IMG/VR virus record: IMGVR_UViG_3300042901_002340
Source: a virus
Lineage: Duplodnaviria > Heunggongvirae > Uroviricota > Caudoviricetes
DNA: 64,000 bases
Reading direction: 5' to 3' (one strand)
The notes under the pieces were generated by a model. It was given only the letters and a program-made list of their open reading frames with translations, searched no databases and was not told the origin of the DNA. Position numbers and translations under genes: made by a program. Below, one piece after another: positions 1 to 10,124 of the stretch. Positions within the stretch are counted from its first letter, which is position 1. Each line of letters opens with the position of its first letter.

Positions 1-506
1 GGTGTGTAATCCATTACGCCCTCTTGTATATGAAATAGACATTTTTTAAATTCTGATCTTATACGTGTTGCATCATCCTCGTTGAAGAAATCATCTATGA
101 AATATTCTACCGATGGTATACCTGTTGATATAGTTGGGGATAAAGTTAAAACAGAATCGTCATCAAGAACATTAAGATTAGATATAATATGATTTATTGT
201 ATATGCAGGGATAAGTACATCATTATCCAATTTCAATATGTATTTATATCCATTGGTTTTTGAATATTCTATAGCATATCTGACTTTTGGTAGATAATTG
301 CTCTGCGGACAATCGACGTATGCGCACTCGAAGTCTATTCCGGAATCGGTGAGATTTTCTGTGTAGTAAGAAGAATCGGGATCAGAATTTACTATCAGTA
401 ACTTGATCTCTTTTATTTGCCCACATTTTTCTATTTCTTTTTTAATTTTATCAAAAACAAAATATCTATCGTTGCTCGTTAGATAAAATATTAATAGTTT
501 ATTCAT
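1..506 (-). CDS. Partial glycosyltransferase-like protein (runs off left edge)
   Basis: Manual translation from ATG at 506: MNKLLIFYLTSNDRYF...YKYILKLDNDVLIP. GT-A-like DxD motif; sits in the GT cluster. Confidence 0.55.
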   Translation of the reverse strand, partial: MNKLLIFYLTSNDRYFVFDKIKKEIEKCGQIKEIKLLIVNSDPDSSYYTENLTDSGIDFECAYVDCPQSNYLPKVRYAIEYSKTNGYKYILKLDNDVLIPAYTINHIISNLNVLDDDSVLTLSPTISTGIPSVEYFIDDFFNEDDATRIRSEFKKCLFHIQEGVMDYT

Positions 507-568
507 TTTTATTTTTTATATTGTTGTATATTTCAGTCTTTTAAATGATATGCTGGTAAAATGTGATT

Positions 569-1924
569 TCATTCCTTATGATTTTCTAGATAGTGTCCTA
601 AATCTTCAGGAGTTCCCAACCCCCACATTCCTGTTGAATTGAATGTCCTTATTTTTAATCCTCTTTTTATAGCTTGATTAAATACAGGGCAAACATAGAA
701 TTCATTATTATTTCTTATATTTAGATCTATCATTTCTTCTGCACATTCTACAAAATCTGATCCTCTTTTCCAGTAATAATATCCAACAGTTGCAATATCA
801 GAGATTGGATTTTTCTCTGCAACTTCGGTCACCAATCCCATATCGTCAACTTTTGCAAATGACCATTTTGGGTGAGTTGCAGTAAAAGTTACTATTCCTC
901 CATCCGCATTTGTCTCATTCATTTTATACATAAACTCGTTGGAATCCCATTCTACAAACTGATCGGAGTTTGCAAAAAATAAAGGTGAATTATTATTTAT
1001 ATGTTCTTTTGCTAGCAAACTGGTACAAGCTGCTCCCTCTGTTATACCATCTGTCTCGACTATTTTACATCCTGGTGTTATTAAGTTTAGGAGTGTATCC
1101 AAATTATATTTTTCCCTGTGTGATTTTTGTACTATATAGATATAGTTTGCATCGATGTTTAAATTTTCTACCACCAATTGGATCATTGGTTTTTTGTTAA
1201 CCTCTATTAAAGGTTTAGGGAAAGTATAACCTGCTTTTTCGAATCTACTCCCCGCTCCCGCCATGGGAATTAATATATTTAGCTTTTCGTCTTTCCATTT
1301 AGGTATTAAATTCATAATTTTTTTGTTTATTTTATTTTTTATATTTATATAGGTTACATCTGCTGGCGAATCTACTCTTAATATATCGGCTCTACTCCTT
1401 GAAGCTGCCAGAAGCCCGTAGGGCGAATCCTCTATTATTAATGTTTCCTCTGGGATAAATCCTAATCTAGACATTGCTTTCCAATATATTTCAGGGTGTG
1501 GCTTGCTATTGATTACATCTTCATTAGATAATATAAGATCAAAATTTTGGATTATTCCCAATTTGGATAGAACTATTAATACTGTTTTTTTGATGCTATT
1601 TGAACAAACTGCAAGTTTGTAACCTTCGTCGGAAAGTCTTTGCATGCATATTTTTAGATTCTCTGATTCAACTATATTTAATAGTTCAGCTGATGTATAT
1701 TTTTGTTTATCCTCCCATATTTTTTTGTATGATTCCTTTGGTAATCCTTTTCTTTCTGTTAGAATCTCAAGTTTTTGGTTTGTTTTCAATCCATCATATA
1801 TGGATAAATGTTCATCCCAATTTATTGTATATTCTTCACCTAAAGCCCTATTTAGTGCATCATAGTGTATATTTTTAGCTTCTACTAGAACACCATCTAA
1901 ATCAAATATTATCAATTTTTTCAT
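569..1924 (-). CDS. HAD phosphatase fused to sugar-nucleotidyltransferase-like domain
   Basis: N-terminal IIFDLDGVL, KPHPEIY and IIEDS HAD motifs; C-terminal ILIPMAGAGSRF...PKPLI NTP-transferase motif. Confidence 0.85.
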   Translation of the reverse strand: MKKLIIFDLDGVLVEAKNIHYDALNRALGEEYTINWDEHLSIYDGLKTNQKLEILTERKGLPKESYKKIWEDKQKYTSAELLNIVESENLKICMQRLSDEGYKLAVCSNSIKKTVLIVLSKLGIIQNFDLILSNEDVINSKPHPEIYWKAMSRLGFIPEETLIIEDSPYGLLAASRSRADILRVDSPADVTYINIKNKINKKIMNLIPKWKDEKLNILIPMAGAGSRFEKAGYTFPKPLIEVNKKPMIQLVVENLNIDANYIYIVQKSHREKYNLDTLLNLITPGCKIVETDGITEGAACTSLLAKEHINNNSPLFFANSDQFVEWDSNEFMYKMNETNADGGIVTFTATHPKWSFAKVDDMGLVTEVAEKNPISDIATVGYYYWKRGSDFVECAEEMIDLNIRNNNEFYVCPVFNQAIKRGLKIRTFNSTGMWGLGTPEDLGHYLENHKE

Positions 1925-2703
1925 TATCTATATCCTAAATATTTATAATTTTCTGGAGTTGACGATAAAGGTCTTGCTTCATTTCCGCTATGTGAATCAT
2001 ATTCTCTAAAAAAATCGGAGGAAAATTGTTTATCTTTTAATGATTTAACTATTGAAAACTCATTCATTACATATTTATGTTTTTTTACTAATGCCCTTCC
2101 TTCCCTAAAATCATTTATATTCTTCAACCATACCGGAGGAAATCCTCCTAAGACTCTTTTACTCCATTCTATATCTTCTCCTTCACCCCACACGAAATTC
2201 TCATCCAATGGAAATTCATCCATTACCTTTTTCTTACCTATCCAAAAATTTCCTGGAATGTACATTCCTTCGGATCCTATGTAATCATACGGTAATATCA
2301 CGTTTCCATATATCCTATCATCTGGTAGTCCTATCCAATCTATTGATCTTTTCCCATCCGAGTTTAATATTCTATTCATACATAAATCCCAATCATCGCC
2401 GAATTTCAGAAAATTAAGATACCAATTTTCATCTAAAATAAGATAATCGTGCATATAAACTATGATATCGAATTTAGATTCCTTTGTTATTAAATTCTTT
2501 TTTTTCGTTATCCATAAATTTCTTATGGTCTCATCAAATGGTATGACTCTTATTTGCTCAGATTCTTCTAATGAACAATTACCTATTATCAATATCTCGT
2601 ATAAATTTTTATCAATATTTTGGCCTTCTATGCTTAATATGACTGAATCTATATAACTGTTGGTGTTTTCGGAAGTTATTATACCGAATGTTATTCCTTT
2701 CAT
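1924..2703 (-). CDS. GT-A/GT2-like glycosyltransferase
   Basis: ITFGIIT...IVYMHDY and GEGEDIEWS motifs. Confidence 0.65.
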   Translation of the reverse strand: MKGITFGIITSENTNSYIDSVILSIEGQNIDKNLYEILIIGNCSLEESEQIRVIPFDETIRNLWITKKKNLITKESKFDIIVYMHDYLILDENWYLNFLKFGDDWDLCMNRILNSDGKRSIDWIGLPDDRIYGNVILPYDYIGSEGMYIPGNFWIGKKKVMDEFPLDENFVWGEGEDIEWSKRVLGGFPPVWLKNINDFREGRALVKKHKYVMNEFSIVKSLKDKQFSSDFFREYDSHSGNEARPLSSTPENYKYLGYR

Positions 2704-2708
2704 ATTTT

Positions 2709-3389
2709 TTATCTTGTTAATTTTACAAGTGTATGTGGGAGATTTTTATTTTTATACATCGATAATTTTTCTAAATAATTGGAATATTCGATTTCATTAT
2801 TTTCTAATATTGCTTTTTTCTCTACCCCAAATCCAGTGAGGGATTTGCACTTTACGTTATACATTTTTTTATACGAAAATCCAAATTCTTTAGCTCTAAA
2901 ACTTAAATCACCGTCGCAATAATAGTATTTATATGACGTATCATACATTCCTATTTCTCTAAATATTTTTTTATTATAGATACCATAATTTAGAACCAAT
3001 TCTTTTTCGTCATCATAAATCACATATTCTTTATCATTTTTTCCCCTCCATGAGAAAATATAAAAATCTTCATTTGCTTCTTTTGATATCTCCTGAATTA
3101 CTAGATCCCAATGGGTTTCCATTATAACATCATCGTTCCATTGGCATACCCATTCATGAGAGGAATTTTCTATCCCCAGATTCATATAATGCCAATAATA
3201 GCTTCTTTTTCCACATTCTATAAATTTAATTCTATCGTGATTTAAACTTTTTATGTATTCTATGGTACCATCGGTAGACCCACCATCAACTAAAACTAAT
3301 TCTAAATATTTGTTAGAATTTACTGTGTTGTCGATTACCATTTTTAAATAATCTAATCTATCTAAAGTCCCAGTTACTATACTTATCAT
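2709..3389 (-). CDS. GT2 glycosyltransferase
   Basis: MISIVTGT, LVLVDGGSTDGT, QWNDD and YYCDGDL motifs. Confidence 0.8.
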   Translation of the reverse strand: MISIVTGTLDRLDYLKMVIDNTVNSNKYLELVLVDGGSTDGTIEYIKSLNHDRIKFIECGKRSYYWHYMNLGIENSSHEWVCQWNDDVIMETHWDLVIQEISKEANEDFYIFSWRGKNDKEYVIYDDEKELVLNYGIYNKKIFREIGMYDTSYKYYYCDGDLSFRAKEFGFSYKKMYNVKCKSLTGFGVEKKAILENNEIEYSNYLEKLSMYKNKNLPHTLVKLTR

Positions 3390-3391
3390 TT

Positions 3392-4015
3392 CTATTTTCT
3401 TATATAAAATGCATCTCCCCATTCGAAAGGAGTAATTTCTGTTTCTACCCTTTCAAACCCATGCGAATTTAGAAAATCGTCCATTTCTTTTAATGTGTTA
3501 TTTTCCTTATAAACTTCTCCTGTGTTTATTTCGGTGTATATGTATTTAATATTTTTAATATAATCACCAAGTCCCTTCAATGCTTTTAATTCCACCCCTT
3601 GTATGTCAAGATTTATAAAATTGAATTCCTCCGGTGATATATTCTCTCTATCCATAAGACTTCTGATGGTTGATGTTTTCATTTTAATTTTATGTGTAAA
3701 CTCAACATGTGGGTGGTATTCCAGATGTTTACCAAATTCTAATATTGATGACGATTGAAGATTATTTGTTATATTAAAATCCAATTCAATTCCATCCTCA
3801 TCGTAAATTAGAGCATTAAAAAGTTTTTGATTTGAATCTTTTATTTTTTTACATCCATCCTCTATTAAAGAGGGATTTCCCTCTATCCATATTATATTAT
3901 TTACCCCCATTCCCATGTAATCGCTAATTTCTTCGAGCTCATGAGCCCCTACATGAATAATACCTGATGGTATAAATTGATATTTTTCACAGATATCTTT
4001 AAATTTTATTAGCAT
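3392..4015 (-). CDS. FkbM-family methyltransferase
   Basis: IIHVGAH, NLDIQGVELKALKG and IYTEIN motifs. Confidence 0.85.
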   Translation of the reverse strand: MLIKFKDICEKYQFIPSGIIHVGAHELEEISDYMGMGVNNIIWIEGNPSLIEDGCKKIKDSNQKLFNALIYDEDGIELDFNITNNLQSSSILEFGKHLEYHPHVEFTHKIKMKTSTIRSLMDRENISPEEFNFINLDIQGVELKALKGLGDYIKNIKYIYTEINTGEVYKENNTLKEMDDFLNSHGFERVETEITPFEWGDAFYIRK

Positions 4016-4022
4016 AGCTTAT

Positions 4023-4724
4023 TTATTTTATATTATTTTTAGTTAATATATCATGTACAGTAAATGGTAGTTTCTTTGCATTAAAATTACTTCCTGTATG
4101 AATTCTATGAGAAACTAGAATTTTTTGTATATTATGGAATGTTTTGTTTTGTTTGTATAATCTTATCCAAAAGTCAAAATCTTCCATTCCCTCTACATCC
4201 TCGTCCCATCCCCCTATTTCTATTGCATCGGAGGTTCTAAATAAAGATGATGAATTTACTATCTGATTATGGCCAGCGAGAAATCCACTCTTTATGTCAA
4301 TATCATTTTGATCTAAATTTAGAATGTTTGTTTTATTGTTATTTTTATCTATATAATATGCTAGTGTACCAATTACATCAAAATTTTTACAAATAGCTAC
4401 CTGTTCAGATAATTTATTTATTTCCCATATATCATCTCCGTCTATCAGTGAGATATATTCGGTATCTATTATTTTTAGTAGCTTATTAAGAGTTTTTGCC
4501 TTACCTTTATCATCACCATAGTCAACTATCGTGAATCTCTGATCTGTCTCTATTAGTGATTTTGCTATTTCTTTGCTAGAATCCACCGTCCCGTTGAATG
4601 CTATTATACATTTGAAGTCTTTGAATTTCTGAGCTAGTATACTTTCTATTGTGTATCCAAGGTATGCCTCATCATTATATACGGGCAGAAGTATTGTTAC
4701 GCTATCCATCATATAATAATCCAA
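4023..4724 (-). CDS. GT2 glycosyltransferase
   Basis: VTILLPVYN, IDGDDIW and EDFDFW motifs. Confidence 0.85.
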   Translation of the reverse strand: MDYYMMDSVTILLPVYNDEAYLGYTIESILAQKFKDFKCIIAFNGTVDSSKEIAKSLIETDQRFTIVDYGDDKGKAKTLNKLLKIIDTEYISLIDGDDIWEINKLSEQVAICKNFDVIGTLAYYIDKNNNKTNILNLDQNDIDIKSGFLAGHNQIVNSSSLFRTSDAIEIGGWDEDVEGMEDFDFWIRLYKQNKTFHNIQKILVSHRIHTGSNFNAKKLPFTVHDILTKNNIK

Positions 4725-5503
4725 TTTTCACAATATACATCACTTGGATTCTTTTGCATATAAGGTCCAAACCAATTTGAAGGTGCTATCGTTTTTTTAC
4801 TGTTAGCTAACCAAGAACCCCACCAACTGAATGAACTATTTGCTATTATATGACCATGGCATAATGACATTAAATACATATCAATATAGGGGCTTCCTGA
4901 TTCAACTATTGTTGAATTATTGATGTGTAGGTTCTGTCTGCACCATTCTGGATCATCGGAAAATATATAAAAATTTGAATTTGTATCGAAGTGTCCTGCT
5001 GCCTTCATATAATATTCTACGCTCTGAGTTGGATGATGTCCAGGTGAAGTTAGGTAATCTCCTCTTCTAACATGAACAGAAACACCGTTTTCTATATCTA
5101 TATGACTCTTTGAATCATCTATAATATCATCTCTGAATGTGAATATTTCTCTTATTTCTGAATCTATGAACTTGAAGTACTTTTCGGTTTGAAAGTATCC
5201 CGATAATGAAGTCGAATCTGGTAGTGTTCCCGTTTGTGTATTAAATCCGAAATCTGTTTCGTAATATATGTGATTTATCGGTATTTCACCGCTTGTCTTT
5301 ATTAGATTTTTTGGTATATTAAAACATTCCAATAATTTGCATCCATCATATGAATTCGGATCTGAACCCTGCTGAAATCTTTCAGCGGGAAAAACTGGAT
5401 CAAATCCAAGTTTTCTAGCTATTCCTATGGTTGAAGCAAATTGAAACATTTGATTACCAAATCTTCCCATGTGTCCAATATTATTAAAAGTTATCATAAT
5501 CAA
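4709..5503 (-). CDS. GT11 alpha-1,2-fucosyltransferase-like protein
   Basis: GRFGNQMFQ, VHVRRGDY and IIANSSFSWW are hallmark GT11 motifs. Confidence 0.9.
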   Translation of the reverse strand: MIMITFNNIGHMGRFGNQMFQFASTIGIARKLGFDPVFPAERFQQGSDPNSYDGCKLLECFNIPKNLIKTSGEIPINHIYYETDFGFNTQTGTLPDSTSLSGYFQTEKYFKFIDSEIREIFTFRDDIIDDSKSHIDIENGVSVHVRRGDYLTSPGHHPTQSVEYYMKAAGHFDTNSNFYIFSDDPEWCRQNLHINNSTIVESGSPYIDMYLMSLCHGHIIANSSFSWWGSWLANSKKTIAPSNWFGPYMQKNPSDVYCENWIII

Positions 5504-5593
5504 TTATTTATAATTTTACTGCTTTTTTACATTTTAGTTCCGTTTCATAGGAACAAAAAGTAACAAATAATCTAAAAATATAAAAGTGAACTT

Positions 5594-6250
5594 ATGAAAA
5601 AATTATCGGTTGTTGTGCCATATAGAGATAGGGAGGAACACCTTAAGCAATTTGTGCCATATATGGAGAAATGGTTAAAGGATGAAGAAATACCATTTGA
5701 GATAATAATAGTAAACCAGACGGAAGGAAAGGGATTCAATAGAGCAAAGCTTTTAAATATAGGATTCAAGGAAACTGAAAATTGCGATTATCACGTTTTT
5801 CATGATGTTGATATGTTACCTACTGATTCGGATTATGATTATACTAAAGGTCCAACACATCTTGCCTCGCAAGCTGAACAGTTTGGATATAAACTTCCCT
5901 ATGATGGGTACTTTGGTGGTGTTACCATCTTTGATAAACCTAGCTTTCTTAAGATAAATGGCTATTCTAATGATTATTGGGGATGGGGTGCGGAAGATGA
6001 TGACGTTCTATATAGATGCTCGATAATGGAAATACCTATATATAGAAAACAGTGCAGATATAAATCATTGGATCACGAAAGAAACATAGAAAGAGAACCG
6101 TATATAAAAAACATACACAGACTCAATAAATTTATAACTAACGCTTCGGAGAATTCCGTAATGGGGGACGGTTTATCTAATTTAGAATACACAAAAATCG
6201 AGGATAAGATGCTAACAGAGCATACAAGATTTATAACTGTTGAGATTTAA
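5594..6250 (+). CDS. GT7 beta-1,4-galactosyltransferase-like protein
   Basis: VVPYRDR, FNRAKLLNIG, FHDVD, YFGGV and WGWGAEDDD are hallmark GT7 motifs. Confidence 0.9.
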   Translation: MKKLSVVVPYRDREEHLKQFVPYMEKWLKDEEIPFEIIIVNQTEGKGFNRAKLLNIGFKETENCDYHVFHDVDMLPTDSDYDYTKGPTHLASQAEQFGYKLPYDGYFGGVTIFDKPSFLKINGYSNDYWGWGAEDDDVLYRCSIMEIPIYRKQCRYKSLDHERNIEREPYIKNIHRLNKFITNASENSVMGDGLSNLEYTKIEDKMLTEHTRFITVEI

Positions 6251-6459
6251 GATTCTCTTTTAAGATCACAGAGTACCCTATCGACAGTATTTATTAGATG
6301 TTCCATATTTTTACTTAGAGTATCAGGATCATCATTTTTTAGAAGATAGCTTATGGTCTCTAAAGATCCTAATGAATATGCTATTTTATTTTTAAGTATA
6401 TAGTTCTCCCTTAGAAGATTGTTTGGTTCTGCTGAATTGTCGTCTGGTAAAATTCCCAT
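6247..6459 (-). CDS. Hypothetical protein
   Basis: 70-aa ORF with TATATA upstream. Confidence 0.5.
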   Translation of the reverse strand: MGILPDDNSAEPNNLLRENYILKNKIAYSLGSLETISYLLKNDDPDTLSKNMEHLINTVDRVLCDLKRES

Positions 6460-6509
6460 TTCTTTTCTTTTTATAATATATAACTAAAACAAAAAAAAAG
6501 TACAAAACA

Positions 6510-6548
6510 AAAAAAAAGCCTAGATTTTTTGGAATCTAGGCTTTTTTT
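6510..6548. terminator. Bidirectional intrinsic terminator
   Basis: A-tract, GCCTAGATT...AATCTAGGC stem, T-tract. Confidence 0.75.
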
Positions 6549-6549
6549 A

Positions 6550-8643
6550 TTATTTTTTTGGTTTAGTTATCTTGACCTTTATTGGTGGCTGAATTCCTCC
6601 ATCCTTTGTTTTATCGAATGCTAATGTTATTGTATCTCCCTCTGATACTTTAGTCTGTACCATCAAATCAGCTAAGGTGTCCTCAATATATTTTTGTATG
6701 ATTCTTTTTAATGGTCTTGCTCCAAATTTTGGATTGAATCCTTCCTCGCATATCTTTTCCTTAAGGTCAGATGAAATTTTTATTTTGTAACCCAATGACT
6801 CTATTCTAGGTAAAGTTTTATTTAATTCGACTTCAAGAATATCCAACATGTTTTCTTTACCTAATTCTTTAAAGTAAACGATGTCGTCCAATCTATTAAT
6901 AAACTCGGGCGAGAATTTTTTTTCTAATTCTTTCTTTAGTAAAGCTTCGTTCTCAAATTCTTTATTATTTGATTTGGTTGATGTTACAAATCCGCTGCTT
7001 GTCCCAAATTCCGATAGTTTTCTTTGACCAACATTAGAGGTTAGTATAATCAAGGTGTTTTTGAAATTTATCTTTCTACCCTGTCCGTCTGTTAAATGAC
7101 CTTCGTCAAGAATCTGTAGAAGTGTATTAAAGATTTCTGGATGTGCTTTTTCAATCTCATCAAAAAGAACTATTGAGTATGGCTTTCTTCTAACTTTTTC
7201 TGTTAGCTGTCCGCCATCTTCGTGACCAACGTATCCTGGAGGTGCTCCGAACATTTTAGTAGCATCAAACTTTTCACCATATTCACTCATGTCGATTCTT
7301 ATTAGTGAATCACTTTCACCAAACATATACTTAGCAAGTTCTTTAGCTAATTGAGTTTTACCAACTCCTGTTGGACCAAGAAATAGAAATGTACCGATGG
7401 GTTTGTTTGGATCTTTTATTCCCATCCGATTTCTTAGAACTGCTCTGGATACTTTTTCTATGACATGATCCTGACCGATAACCTTACCTTTAAGCTCTGT
7501 GCTCATGTTAGCTAGCTTGAAGTTTTCGTCTTGATTTACTTTCTTAAGCGGAACCCCTGACATCATAGCTACAACCTCTGCAACCTTCTCTCCGTCTACT
7601 GTTTTCTTTTTTCCTTTTAACCTTGTCTCCCAAAGTTTTATTTCCGATTCCAGCGACACCTCAGTGTGTCTTTGTAGATCTCTAAATTTTGCTGCACCTT
7701 CATAATCCTGTCTTTTTACAGCGAGTTGTTTGTCAATTGCTATTTGAGCTAAATTCTTTTCCAGCTTGGTTATGGTATCCGGTACTTTAACGTCGCTTAG
7801 CTGTGTTCTACTGCCCGCTTCGTCTAAAGCATCTAAAGCCTTGTCCGGAAAGTTTCGGTCCGTTATATAGCGTTCTGTGAGCTTTACGCAGTTGATTATG
7901 GCATCGTCTGTATACTTTACGTTGTGATGATCCTCATATTTGGATTTTACACTGTTTAGTATATCTATTGTGGTTTCCATATCGGGTGGATTCACAAGTA
8001 CCTTCTGGAATCTTCTTTCTAGAGCTCCGTCTTTTTCTATATGCTGACGGTATTCATTTAGTGTTGTTGCACCAATACATTGGATTTCACCTCTAGCTAA
8101 AGCAGGCTTGAACATATTTGAAGCATCTAAAGATCCCGAAGATCCTCCAGCCCCGATTATGGTGTGTAGCTCATCGATAAAAATTATGATGTCTCTATTC
8201 TTCTTAAGTTCGTCTATGATTGATTTAATTCTTTCCTCGAATTGTCCTCTGTATTTTGTTCCAGCCACAAGAGAACCCATATCCAGAGTTAGAATTCTTT
8301 TGTTTAGTAGGGTCTGTGAAACTTTTCTTTGTACTATCTTTAGCGCTAATCCCTCAGCTATTGCAGATTTACCAACTCCTGGTTCACCGATAAGAACCGG
8401 ATTATTCTTCTTTCTCCTGGAGAGAATCTGGGAGATTCTCTCTATCTCAGGATCTCTGCCTATAATAGGATCGAGTTCACCTCTTGATGCGAGATCAGTT
8501 AAATCCGTTGAATGGGAATCAAGCACTGGGGTTTTACCTGTTCCTTTTTTGGACTTATACTCGCTTTGGTGGTCGTCCTCGTTCCCATCCGTGTATTGAT
8601 CCATGGATGGTGAAATTTTCTTTTTGTAGTCTCCTCTTTTCAT
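6550..8643 (-). CDS. clpC: ClpC-like AAA+ ATPase lacking the Clp-N domain
   Basis: Two AAA modules (GEPGVGKS, GPTGVGKT), short UVR-like middle region, FGARPLKR. Confidence 0.85.
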   Translation of the reverse strand: MKRGDYKKKISPSMDQYTDGNEDDHQSEYKSKKGTGKTPVLDSHSTDLTDLASRGELDPIIGRDPEIERISQILSRRKKNNPVLIGEPGVGKSAIAEGLALKIVQRKVSQTLLNKRILTLDMGSLVAGTKYRGQFEERIKSIIDELKKNRDIIIFIDELHTIIGAGGSSGSLDASNMFKPALARGEIQCIGATTLNEYRQHIEKDGALERRFQKVLVNPPDMETTIDILNSVKSKYEDHHNVKYTDDAIINCVKLTERYITDRNFPDKALDALDEAGSRTQLSDVKVPDTITKLEKNLAQIAIDKQLAVKRQDYEGAAKFRDLQRHTEVSLESEIKLWETRLKGKKKTVDGEKVAEVVAMMSGVPLKKVNQDENFKLANMSTELKGKVIGQDHVIEKVSRAVLRNRMGIKDPNKPIGTFLFLGPTGVGKTQLAKELAKYMFGESDSLIRIDMSEYGEKFDATKMFGAPPGYVGHEDGGQLTEKVRRKPYSIVLFDEIEKAHPEIFNTLLQILDEGHLTDGQGRKINFKNTLIILTSNVGQRKLSEFGTSSGFVTSTKSNNKEFENEALLKKELEKKFSPEFINRLDDIVYFKELGKENMLDILEVELNKTLPRIESLGYKIKISSDLKEKICEEGFNPKFGARPLKRIIQKYIEDTLADLMVQTKVSEGDTITLAFDKTKDGGIQPPIKVKITKPKK

Positions 8644-8790
8644 AAAAAATTTTATCCTTTATTTTATGCAAATATAGGATAAAATTTCGAAATATAAAAA
8701 ATAAATCATGATTATTTTTTAATCCATTATTTTTTATAAAATTTATTATGACGTATATGACATGAGATTTACCTCCCTATTTTAAACGAA

Positions 8791-10122
8791 TTACTTTACG
8801 AAGGTTTGATTTAGATTATTATATCCTGTACCTGCTTCCCATGTGCCCACATTGGATAATCTTATAGAATATTCAGGTCTTGTTGATAAGGTTACATTAT
8901 TATCAGGCAACCAAATATATGAATTATAAGAACCACTTGGTAGTCCAGATATATCAAATGTTTGGTTTAATGTCACAGTAGAGTACCACGAATTAACATC
9001 AGTTGTTATTTGAAATGGATATGTGATTCCACTTGAAGTGTTTTTAAACACGATATGAGCATTTCTACTTTTAAAAGAATTAGCATATCCTATATTTTCT
9101 ATATTAATAACAACATTCATGCTATTGCCATTTCTTAAAAATCTGCTTGAATTTAATTTTAGTCTATAACCAATATTCTTTTTTATAATATCGTAATCCC
9201 CGCTTGTAACCCAACTCTCTATCACAGCTGGAAAATAATCCCAGCTTATCAAACTCCAATTATAAAAGTCTAGCTCAATTTTAGCATTAGCACCGTCTGT
9301 TCTGGTGGGAACTGCGGTATTTAATCCATTACTTTCACCCGAGATAGGTGCATTGCTTGCCCCATTTTGAAATATAGCAATTTGTGTTGCATTAGGTGTT
9401 CCCCCTTCGCCAGTAACTAAAAATGTTCCGCCATCACCATCCTTATTTAAAAAGGCATCATTATAAAAACCAATTCTGGTATTACCTAACGGATACAGCG
9501 TTTGTTTATAATAAACAGCTCTTATTTGTACGGGAATGTCTGAATCAAATTGATTAAGTGCATGATCAACTACTTCTTTCCTATTGTCCCATTGAGTTTG
9601 TGTCCATAACAGGTAATTGTCGTCTCCAAATTCTGCAGATCCTGTATAGTACCATTCCCCATACTTACCTATGAATCCAATTTGGATTGATGAAATAACA
9701 TCCTTATTAGTGTTTATTACAGGGGCAAGTTGCGTGATATGTGCTTTTATTTGTGCTTTTGTTGGTTGATATACTGCTGCGTTCTGAGATGTATATGTAA
9801 ATCTAGCCAGTACTTTTAACCCAGCAGCCCTAATCCTATTAAAATCGGTCTGCATATTTTCTAGATATGTAGTTGTGATTGGTGATCCATCAATAAATAG
9901 GAATAGAAAGAATTGTCTTTGTATCACAGTCAATCCATCATTTACTCTATAATCTGTTAACGTTGATTGATTTAACAGATTATATACTGTTTCCGATGAA
10001 CCTGTTGTAGTTAACTCGTATAATCCCCTCTCTGGGTTGTTAATAATGTTATCATCCAACGCGTATTCTCTAAATGAAGATTTTTGTAAGCTGTTTAAAA
10101 ACCCTATCGATGGTGAAATCAT
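8791..10122 (-). CDS. DUF4874/DUF4832 putative glycoside-hydrolase-like protein
   Basis: NPERG, GFIGKYGEW, RIGFYNDAFL and IGYRL motifs; paralogue of 54199-55686. Confidence 0.7.
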   Translation of the reverse strand: MISPSIGFLNSLQKSSFREYALDDNIINNPERGLYELTTTGSSETVYNLLNQSTLTDYRVNDGLTVIQRQFFLFLFIDGSPITTTYLENMQTDFNRIRAAGLKVLARFTYTSQNAAVYQPTKAQIKAHITQLAPVINTNKDVISSIQIGFIGKYGEWYYTGSAEFGDDNYLLWTQTQWDNRKEVVDHALNQFDSDIPVQIRAVYYKQTLYPLGNTRIGFYNDAFLNKDGDGGTFLVTGEGGTPNATQIAIFQNGASNAPISGESNGLNTAVPTRTDGANAKIELDFYNWSLISWDYFPAVIESWVTSGDYDIIKKNIGYRLKLNSSRFLRNGNSMNVVINIENIGYANSFKSRNAHIVFKNTSSGITYPFQITTDVNSWYSTVTLNQTFDISGLPSGSYNSYIWLPDNNVTLSTRPEYSIRLSNVGTWEAGTGYNNLNQTFVK

Positions 10123-10124
10123 AA

